Below are positions 12,001 through 21,600 of a stretch of DNA of 55,390 bases, in pieces. The stretch lies in assembly GCA_000708835.1 (NCBI GenBank), contig DF237396.1, positions 22,125-77,514 of the forward strand, read 5' to 3'. How positions within the stretch are numbered: the stretch's first letter is position 1; every line of letters begins with the position of its first letter. The notes below the pieces were generated by a model that made no database searches, was not told where the DNA came from, and saw nothing but the letters and a program-made list of their open reading frames with translations. A program made the position numbers and the translations under genes. The DNA comes from Klebsormidium nitens (lineage: Eukaryota > Plantae > Klebsormidiophyceae).

Positions 12001-13272
12001 GTTGGAATGCAGACGGGGTATCAATGGTGGGCAGCGATTGTTGGGCTAAGAGCGCACTGGAAGGTTTGGAGGGAGAAAAGGGAACTAGACAAAGGGAAAA
12101 GTAGGCAAGTCTGGCGGTCTCGTGAGAATGTAAGAAATGGTGATCAGCAATGGGGGTTGAAAAAGGGGCATCCGAGGAAACCAACAGACCTTCGGTCTGT
12201 GTTGAGGGATAAGGAGAGGAGAGGCGTAGAACGGAGAAAAGGAGGGGAAAGTGTTAGAGAAAAGGCATGCGCGGAAGAGGCGCCGACGAATTCAAGAGTC
12301 GGGGCAGCGCCACGTGTCAGCCATGCAAGAAGGCGTAACAAAAGAAGGTTGGTAACGCCTCCCAGCACCAAGAACGAGGTTGAGGTCGAAAAGCACTGGG
12401 CTTCGGATGTGGACCCGGCTTTGACCCCGTGGCTGCAGGAAGATCTGGAGAAGAAGCCCGGGATCATGAGCGGAGCGGAACCGGGTAAGCGGGACGGAAA
12501 ATCTCCCTCGATAGAATCCGTCAGGGGAAGCGCGGACTTAGGCGCCTTTGTTGCGCAAATTGGAGCGTCGCGCAAAGTGGAGGAGAGGAGAAACGCGCCG
12601 CACGGAGCGCGCGCAGCGCGCGATGAACGGAAGGGACGAGATCGGAACGGAAGAGCGGAACGGAGTGTTGAAAGGGAAGCTAACGAAAGGTTCGACGAGA
12701 GCAACGGCGGCGGAGGGAAAGCACAAAGGAAACAAGAGTCGCATAAGTTAGACTGTCAACCAGAGCCCCGTCAAACATTACAATCGGACAGAGCGCAGCT
12801 GTCGGACCCTCTGAAAAAGGTTCGTCAAAAGGCGCAATCGGACGCAAGGGTAGTTAAGAAGGGAACGAGTCTCTCGCCTCACAGCGGTGGGCGGCTTCAA
12901 GTCGGGGGAATTACGGAAGCGTCAATACGCGCGAGCGGGTTGGAGCAGAAAAGCGCGCGCGCGCCGCGGCTGGGGCGGCTGAAGAGTCGGGGCAAGGTGA
13001 CGGCTACCGCCAACATGACGTACTTCGTCGTGTCCGAATCGGACGAATCGGAGGGGTCCGATGGTGATCATCGGACGGCGGGAATGAACTTCCACCTCGC
13101 AATCCGCCGGGACATGGTGGCGAGCTTTACGTTTGAGACGGAAGTACCAGAAAGTGTTGACAGAAAGTCGTTACCGGCATCGAGTTGCATAAGCAGGGGG
13201 GATGTGCATTTCAATAATGCGAGTCAGAGAGCGCTAGCAAAAAGTGGCGAGGGTGCTTTGCAAATTGAATAA
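1..13272 (+). CDS. Large extracellular Ig-repeat multipass membrane protein, At3g48200-like (5' partial): Pro-rich segment, 2 cadherin-like beta-sandwich domains, 7 Cys4 Ig-like repeats, TM module, long charged C-tail
   Basis: Phase-consistent GT-AG exons: <1-311, 798-982, 1312-2358, 3191-3393, 3947-4609, 5268-6979, 7787-8079, (8373-8453, tentative), (8693-8901, tentative), 9694-9896, 10632-10735, 11197-13272. Motifs match my recollection of Arabidopsis At3g48200: ISFSKACLGGNGFTCVSVTSCELIV, DAAGNLNQRSDVLKI, GNLLGIVGTVQTFAL, LLFPRAEL, RFGLLFESFRPP, LVIAKPYVSRALQGVE. Confidence 0.8.
2395..2526 (+). mobile_element. Degenerate copy of a short intronic dispersed repeat (MITE-like family, copy 1)
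   Basis: The core agggttagtttggtggttaggttgggtatgggtgcggagcaggttttttgggtaagggtttttagt aligns with the 11045-11112 core of the TIR element at 11013-11154. Ends are only weakly inverted (gccgagataa / tcatctgggc). Confidence 0.5.
4670..4838. repeat. Intronic minisatellite, ~60-61 bp unit x ~2.7
   Basis: Units start tgttctgaat/tggtctgaat at about 4673, 4733 and 4794, and share ggctga and ctcaatc..ggttgtttg. Confidence 0.75.
9389..9498. repeat. Intronic tandem repeat, ~10-12 bp unit (ccgtttctaa-like) x ~9
   Basis: Directly visible: ccgtttctaa acgtttccca acccgtttct gaccgtttct aaccgttttc tgaacccgtt tctaaccgtc tctaaccgtt tctc. Confidence 0.85.
9558..9636 (+). repeat. Decayed copy of the start of exon 9694-9896 (pseudo-exon)
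   Basis: Ungapped alignment to 9694-9772 gives 61/79 identities by hand count. The acceptor AG is lost (GA). Confidence 0.85.
11013..11154. mobile_element. MITE-like element with GGTAGGAT terminal inverted repeats and TA target-site duplication (Tc1/mariner-type signature)
   Basis: TA(11011-12) GGTAGGAT...ATCCTACC TA(11155-56). The internal sequence is shared with 2430-2500. Confidence 0.65.
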
Positions 13273-15635
13273 GGTATGGTTTAGGGTACATGTAAAGGTC
13301 GTAGGTCGGGCAAAATGTTTCCCTACTCACAAAAACTGGTTCTAGCTTCCGCCCTGCGGGCGCTGGCTATAACGCATATTATTGTATCTGTATTTATAAC
13401 AGCATTGCTAGCGTGTTGAAGGGGCCACTCACCTACCTATAAGGAACGTACAGCGGTGTGTAACTATTGGGGTCGAAGAGGCACAACGGCAGCGACTTAG
13501 TTAGTATTAGAACTTTACAAATCTTAAACCGCACGGACATCTGTCCAATCAATTAATTGTTCTCGTCAATCGTAGCTAGGTAGGGCCGATAGACTAGGGA
13601 GCCGCAGCGGCGGCCAGTTGCGTGTAGTAGAGTTGTGGAATTAAGAATTCGCTTCTCACGGGCAAAGAAAAGCAATCATGTCGATCCAGGAAGGCACTAG
13701 AGGGCGTAGTGAATGCACAACCGCGTTCAAGTTTGATATGACGGCTGCCGAGATCATTATATCAATGTTGTTTCGCGCGCATGCAATGCTGTTCTGATCA
13801 CTCATCATGCATGGGATTGCAATCCGTACGGCTAGTATGAACTTGAGTTGTCTATTGTGCCTGGTAATGGCCGGCATGCGCATTGTATACTGTAAGATCG
13901 ACATGTCGCCGGATCAATCCGCCTTTTCAGCGCGTGGGTCATATGGAGTCGACACATGCCAGCTGTGAACACGCCGCGTGCATGTAAGAAACACGTACAG
14001 ATTGCAGATTGCGAGAAGTATAAATGTTCGACTCGCACCGGGCCATCGTAAGTACAGTGTTCTAGACACGTTTCTTCATGCTGAGGTCGTGAATCATACT
14101 ATATGATCGTTCGATTGCAATTTGAATCAAACGCGCGAGTGGAATTATCCATTCTGCGCAAAGGCTTCATAATGGTCAGGTTCCATGAGGGCGATAAGCA
14201 TAGAGTGAGAGTTGATCTGTGTAAGAGCATTGCCTCAGTTTGGAGTAAACGGAGACCATGAAATAGCGACTCCCCAGGTTGGTTATGGCACCTCGACCTC
14301 TGTCGGGGCTTCCTAGAAGCCAGATTTTGGACATATCTATGCTGAGCGGTATCCGCGTCTTCAAGGAACACAAGGATCGGGGTTGCCAAGATTGTTGCCG
14401 TTGCATCGAAATAGTTGAGCGGTCCGATCGAGGATCTCGAAGTGAGGTTCCTGCCACTAAACTGGTCCGGTTTGCTTCTTGAGTTGCATGCTCGATCGAG
14501 AAAAGTGTCTTTGAAAATGCATTCTTCAACCTTGGGACGTCGAAGCCTCAGTTGAACTCCAGCCTGGCAACACAAAGAGCATAACGTGGCCTCTTTGCTT
14601 CAAGCACGCAAAGCGGTGCGATCCCTTTGCCAAGTCGTGGAGAATTCCTCTATCCTGTGCTGCGGAGAGCAGAAACTGTCTTCAAAGCTGCTTCGCCTGA
14701 AAAAGAAAATCTGTCCTCTCAGAAAAAACCGGAGGACTTGCTCGAAAATTCGGCTTGCGAAGGATTTGCTCCTCAAGAGACGTAGCAGCACCTGACTCCC
14801 TTGATTCCCCTTTTTGAAAGTAGGACTAGAGACGGTGTTGTCAGGAGTCGTCATGATAAAGCTCCTGCGAAGCGCTTGAGGTAGAGAATCTTTGGAGAAC
14901 GAGCCTATCAATTGTAAAGGGCACTCTGGGCTTTGTTGACGCTCTGGACCGTTCAGACAGCATTCTCTGAGGCCCTTTCCCGCTGCAGATAAGCAGGCAA
15001 CAGTAAGGGAGCCTTAGCGGCAAGTCGGGCTGCTTTATCAAACATCTTACGAAAGAGGGTCTGCAGACACCTTCTGAGGTCAGTCCTTACCAGAAGCAAT
15101 TTGCTAATCGTAGTTCCGTCCTGGGAATCTGTTGGCGAGCTGATTATGAAACCCTGAAACAGAGGAAGCCCCTGGACGCTGTTCTTGACGTTGAAGGAAT
15201 CCTTTGGTTAGCTTTTTCCTGGGCATCTTGAGTGATTCGCACGCATTGAAGATAGCTCTCGGGACGAGCACGTGGGAATTGGCATACCCGCACCTAATGT
15301 TGCTTAGCAGTCACAAGATCATTTCCCAAGAGCTCATCATTCGCAACGGGCCTAAGGCTTTTATCACCTTCAGCTTTGTCTTGAACTCAGCCTTTTCTTG
15401 AAACCCTTTGAACTAAGTTTCTTCGTTGGGACCGTTTTGAGAGTCCGTCTACTTGATTACAGCCTTTACTTCTGCTGAAAATTTCAAAATGAGACGGCTA
15501 GCAATGGTTCTTGGTGGCGGGAAGGCTTTCCTGCTGATTGGATGGCTCTCCTGCTCATCATTCTACTTGACAGCTGTTGTGTCTGAACAACCAACGTGAA
15601 TTGTTTTCTTTCTTTCTGCAGCCTATTGCAGCCAA

Positions 15636-18600
15636 ATGGGGCCCTCTAGTGCGAGACGGGGGATTGTCCTTAGTTTCATCGCTGCAATCCTGGCCGTGTG
15701 CTTTGTAGCTCCTGATTCCGCATCTGCAGGTAAGCGACTGAATAATAAGTGGGTCCGAGTTACTGCAAACGTAAGGTCTTAAGACTTCGTGCTATTTGTT
15801 TCCTTCCTTTTTGATGACTACTTCATCGAGCTCTGATCAGGTGCGCTCTTGAATTTTAGAAGAGGGGATTGTTAAGCTGTGGATTTTTGCGTGTCCAAAG
15901 GATCTTGTTGTTATCCAATCTTTTTGGGAAGCACTGATATTGGCAGTTTTGGCCGTCGTCTTCGAAAGATTCGAATGCAGACGTGTAGCGCTCTCGTCTG
16001 CTGCTGATTTACTTGACGGAACAAAGTGCACGACTTCTGACCACGCGCAAGTGGACCGTCAAGCATTCCAAGCCATAAGCGCTGATATTTATGCCTCGAT
16101 CCGTTTGCAGATTCCACCTCGTGCGTGGACATTCCCAGCGGAACCGGAGCTCAAAACCCCAACCGGCCGTGCCCATCAAGCAAAAACCCCTCCGTTTCGG
16201 ACTGGGATGCGGAAGACCGCTTCGAGAACCAGTACCCGACCCACCGCCAATTGCAGCAGATTGCCGGGACCCCTCTCTTGACCAACCTGGTTAACGATAC
16301 TGGGAGCCCGGTTACCGCCACCAACCCGCTTTTGGTAAACGCCACCAGTCCGGAATATAACCTGACGGAAATCTTCTTGAGGTTAAACATAACCGTGCTG
16401 CCCAAGAAGTTTAACCTAACCCGGATCCTACCGGCAATCCTGCCGACGCTAAATATCACGGCGCTTTACCAGGCACTCAATATTACGATCAATACGACGA
16501 AGCTGAACATAACCTATCCCCCGCCGCCGCCCGCTTATCTGTGCTACGGGGTTGAAGTGGAGTATCTGATCGTGGGCAATTTGACCAAGACGCAGTTCGG
16601 GTCCGCGCCGGCTTTTCTTTACACGGCGCAAGTCAAAATACAGGCAAGTGGAACGGTTAGCCTTTGAAAGGTCGGTTTCTGCTACATAAATTGCCGAGGC
16701 TTTGAAAATTTGCGTGGATCCGGAGGTGCTACCTTATCGGTGGTCTTGTGTAAGTTCCGCCCTGAAAGGCAGACTCTCGTCTCAAAGCCGGGAGGCCAGC
16801 CAATGACGTCTGATTTTAGGGTTTGGCTCTTGACTGGTTCAAGGAGGGAGCTTTTTGAGAGCCTGCAAGGGTGATGCATCGTCTGTTAAATCGTTCCGCG
16901 TAACTCTTTTGATTTTCGTCGGCTCTTCCAGCAACGGAAAGATAAACAAATTCGACACATTTGACGAATGGGCGCTCACCACGTGGACGTCTGCTCTGCT
17001 TCTCGCTCCAATATGAAGGGACAGGGTCGTACAAGAAATCGTGGGGGCTTAACCGGGAAAACGTCCAGCTCATGATTCTCGTCTCGACGCCGTTGGCTTC
17101 CCCTTCTCGTGCAGAACTTCGGCAAGTGGGCGATCAGCGAGTGGGGCATCCGATTCGCTTTTGCGAACCAAGACGTCCTTACGGGCGGGAACGACTTGCT
17201 CCCCCCCGCGGGGGTCAAGCTGCCGGCCGCCGGTAAGCGTGCGTTCTTGGAATTTTCTTTGTCTGGTAAACTTTTGCTACCCTCGTCTTGCGGCCTGTGC
17301 GTTTGGCGCTGCTTATGAGCAAAGGGAATGTCGCGACAGGTGAGTTCTACGCGTCAATTGAAGTTTGGATTAGAAATCCCTTATGATTTATCTAGCTCCT
17401 TATCCACTTGCTTCGCTTGCTTGCAAGCCCACTTACGGACGATCCGTGTTCCGAGTAGTCTACAATAAAAGATGGACGCACGTTTTTGAGGCTGACATTT
17501 TAAAGCTACCATCACATAGCCTTGGTTTTCATCAGCTTCTTTGCAGCCGCTTCGCCTGGACCCACTTCTGCTCGACGCCCAGCACATTTCACCAATTCGA
17601 CTGCTCTGCCGGAGTTGAATGTTCTGCCCGTCAAGTCAAAGAGCCTTGTTATTGCAGGGACTCGCTTTACCTTGACTGACTCTCCCGAGATCATATGATA
17701 CTTTACATGTTATTAACGACAATTGTGTTGCAACATTTACCGAAGAGCCGCCGATACCGGCCTCGACTGTCAAGATTGTGCACGCTTCTTCCACAAACTT
17801 CCAGGAAATCACCTTCTCTCCTTTCTCCTTCCAGCAAACTTGCTTCTACTCCAGCCCCCCCCAAAGCTCCAGACCCTCAAGCCGGCTTTCCTCGCCGGTT
17901 ACGACGCCACTCAGTACACGTTCAAGACAACGATCCAGGGAACGGAGATCGGGGCTAACACCACTTTACGCGCGCTGCCTGTGGGCATGGACTTCATCTC
18001 GCCTGGTGTCATATGCGACCCGATCAACCTGCGCTTGGTCAACGGAACAAATTCGACGGACGCCACAGCCTCAGATCCAACGGCGGAAAGTGAGGACCTC
18101 TACCGAGAAAAGTCTTAGAATTCCTGCCGTCGCGATGCTCCCTCGAAACTTGTCCCTTTCGTAAGGAGACTTTTTCTGGCACGGACTGGTCTCTGCAAAG
18201 CAAGAGCCCCAAGGTGTCGAATCCTTGTCTTTCTCCGGTGGAGTTGGATACGGGATGATTCCTTAGAGTAGTTCATCATCTAGAGCGGAGTATCTTATGT
18301 TTTGAGGTTACAAAGCGTGTTTCAAAAGAACCTTTCAAAATTAAAGGACCTTTTTGCCATTGATATTGGGTATTTAGAGGCTTGATCGAAGCCCTTTGAA
18401 CTCCACGTCAGCCCTGTGTGCATTTTATATCCAAAACGTCAGCTCAAGAGTGCCCTCGCCTGCTCGTGGCTCCTCTAACGCCCTCCCCACGTGGCGCGCT
18501 CTCACGCGTTTTCTGACGTGTGCAACGCAGGCATCCGACACATCCGCACGTGCTGCCGCCAGGCTTTCCTGGCCCCGGTTCCAACGGTCAAGCCCGCCCC

Positions 18601-21600
18601 TATTCGTACGTACCCGTAATACTCTGGGAGTCTAGAACTATTTGACCATCTTCGTGCCTTTTACCAGGGCTAGGAGCGATTGCTGACGTCACTTTGTTAA
18701 GTAGCGACGAAGGCCTCAAAACGACTTTGGAGAATTGCGTATCTAGATTCCTGCTGTTGGTAATGCTTGCGTTCTTACAGAGCCACTCGCGAACCACTCA
18801 GGATTCCGTCATCTTCTTATTCTGCTTCTCAACTTGGGTTGACTTCTTCCTTTCGACGTCTGCTGCTTTCGAGCCGAAGGCTTTGGTTCAAGCTTCTGCA
18901 TTGGAAAAGTTGACACACGGCTCTTTGATTCCCACTTCGCCAAGGCGACTCCGAAACCCGAGGCTCCTTCCCTAAACCCTACTTTTTCGGTTCTAAACCC
19001 CAACTTTTCTGTCTCCAAACCCTGACTTCTCTGCTCGCAAACCTGGAATTCCTTTTTTACCTTACAGCGCCGCCCGCGCCGGCAAACCCGGGCGTGCAGA
19101 TCACGTGGGACGTGCTCAACTCTATCAAAGAGAGTTACACGGTGAGTGCGCAAAAAGGCGGAGGCTGCCGACCGGAATTCCGTTTCATTCTGACGGAAAG
19201 GATCCGTTGCTGATTCTACAGGTTTAGCTTGAATATGATTCACCGCAGACCGATCCGAAAGCTTGTGCGGCTTTCCAGCATAACTTTCGCGGCGCAGTAA
19301 ACAGTTGTCGACGCCAACACGACGTCAAACGCGCTCATCAGAGTTTCATATAATCAGAAGAGACAAATGATGTTGTTTTGGTACGGAAAATACTTTCCTA
19401 CAATCGGTCTTAAGAGTGACTGCTATAAACCAGAGCCTTTTTTTCCTATCAGATTAGACAGCGGGCCAGTCACCACTTATGTACTGTATCGGACACAATC
19501 TTCGAATTGGGTCTGCGATTTCCATTCTTCTCGGATCTTGTAGGCGGAAAGGAATTTTCTCCGTGGATCCTACCAAGCTGCCAATCGCATTGCCCCACTG
19601 CCGCATTGCAACCCCCCAATCAAACAGGAAGCTCCTCTCAAGCTAGATTTTCATTGCGGGAACACCAGATAGCGGCTGAGGGGAATCCAAATCGCTCTTT
19701 CAGGCTTTCATCCGGATCCAGAATCAGCAGCCGTACCGGCCAATCAGTGGCGATGGGTGGACCCTCGGCTTTGCACTCCAAATGCAGGAGTAAGGACAGC
19801 CTTCGATCTTAATCCTCTATTTAACTCCCCCCGTCCTTATGTGCTTGTCTGGCTACATCTCAATCTAAAGAAGTGCTGAAATTGGTTACAAATCAACCTC
19901 AGGTCGTGTTCGTCTAGTAGCAATTTCCGCCGTCGATTGTCTGGGCGTGCATTAGTTCTGCCGTCGACCTGGCGATGCTCCTCTGACTGCCGTTAGCAAC
20001 GTCTATCGCCATCGGATTTCAAAATGACTCCCTAATAGAGGGCTGACAGTATATTTGTATAACATCTATTAGCGAGCGCCTCTCATCTTTCCGAAGTTTT
20101 CAGCACCAGCCACAATATGCTGAACAGCCCACAATGATACACTCGTTTTCATAAAAGCAAAGGATTCTGAAAAGGGTTTTGTCCTTTCGACGAGCGCGCT
20201 CATCTTCACCAAAGCTTCCAGCATCAATGAAAGGATGTTAATGGTGTTCAACGGAATCTCGTTCTCATAGAGCTGAAATGAGAAGTCGTGCTTCTAACAG
20301 AGTCATCTGGAGCATCAGCGGGGGCTTCGTCATTTACCGGGGGGACTGCCTATCATACGCGGGGAAGACGTATGGCCCAGTTACGGGCGCTCAGGCGTGC
20401 ACTGCGACCCCCAAGATACGAGATACGTCCTCGTAAGTGCACTGTTGGGAATTCTACTTGGCTGACGTTTGACGGAACCGTCAAACCGAAAACGCTGCAA
20501 TTGGTTGCCCTTTGCAAAGACCTCCATTTCTAGAAGCAGATTGCTGCAGCTCGTTTGCCCACTTTCGAAGGTCCACCTTCGAGGTTTACAAGTGTCTCTT
20601 TTTCAAGCTTCTTTTCAAAAAATACCCCTCTAGAGATTCTCCTTCTGTCGAAATCTGTTTCCTCCTCACCAAGGTGGAGGCTGCCTGTCAACTTTTGAAC
20701 CCGGCTCGCAAAATTTATGAAGGCTGAAGCCTCACTTTCCGGTATCCTCTCTTAACAATGAGAAGGTCATCCTGAAGCCCCTGAAGACAAGAAGTATCCC
20801 TCTCACTTCCATACGTCTCGGCAAGCAACACCGGGCCAACGCCATTAAACTCTCCAATCCCTCCCTCAATACGATCCTTGAAATCCTGAAAAACTGGAAC
20901 GAAACCCAATTTTCTGAATCCGAAACCCCGAAATTCTTGTGCAGGCAAAACGGCACTCTTCCCACGTACAAGATCAACTCCACACTCGCTCAGGCCAACC
21001 TTACGCTATCCCTGGGGAGGAGCATAGATTTCTTCGACGCCAAATATCTTTCGCCCCCTCAAAACTGGTCGATCGGCGTGCCCGGATACCTTTGCGGTGA
21101 ACCCGTCGAGACGCAGCCTTCACTCTTCCCACTGAACAATTATTCGTATACAACCTACCCTGCAGCAGGTTAGTCGCTGGGTTATGTCGGCGTTAACGAT
21201 TTCAGGGTTCGCATTTGCACAGGCTCTAAGCTTCTAGGGCTCTGTGATTAGTGTTTCGAAACTTTGCTTGACTTCGGGATGTTGATTCGATCAGGGCGTT
21301 TGGGTCTTGGGATTTATCCTTCGGCACTTCAGGACCCAGATGATATTTATCCATGGTATTCACTTTTTAAACTTCGTTCCTTAGCAACGTTATCTTCAGG
21401 TTTTAGAATCGATACCGGCGGATTCTGGAAGCTGCCCTTACTTACGCTGTTGAGCCGTCTAAGCAGCAGAAATTACAGCAATTGGAGGGAAACAAGTGAA
21501 AATGTGAGCGCTTGTGCAATCAGCCGACCGGATTTTGTTTCCGCGCAGTGACGTACACGATTCAGTGCGTGCTGACACCAGACGCGCTGGCGACCACGTC

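Noticed and set aside
13341-13370. GC hairpin (cgccc-gca-gggcg) followed by CTAG on the minus strand, Helitron-like 3' end
   Set aside because: The spacer is only 4 nt, the base after CTAG is A rather than T, and no 5' TC end or second copy was identified.
14099-15400. Several 100-158 aa ORFs upstream of COBL
   Set aside because: No domain motifs or consistent splice pattern; probably intergenic, 5'UTR or intron sequence.
18950-19045. aaaccc(t) repeats resembling plant telomere units
   Set aside because: They are degenerate ~21-bp intronic units, not contiguous telomeric repeats.
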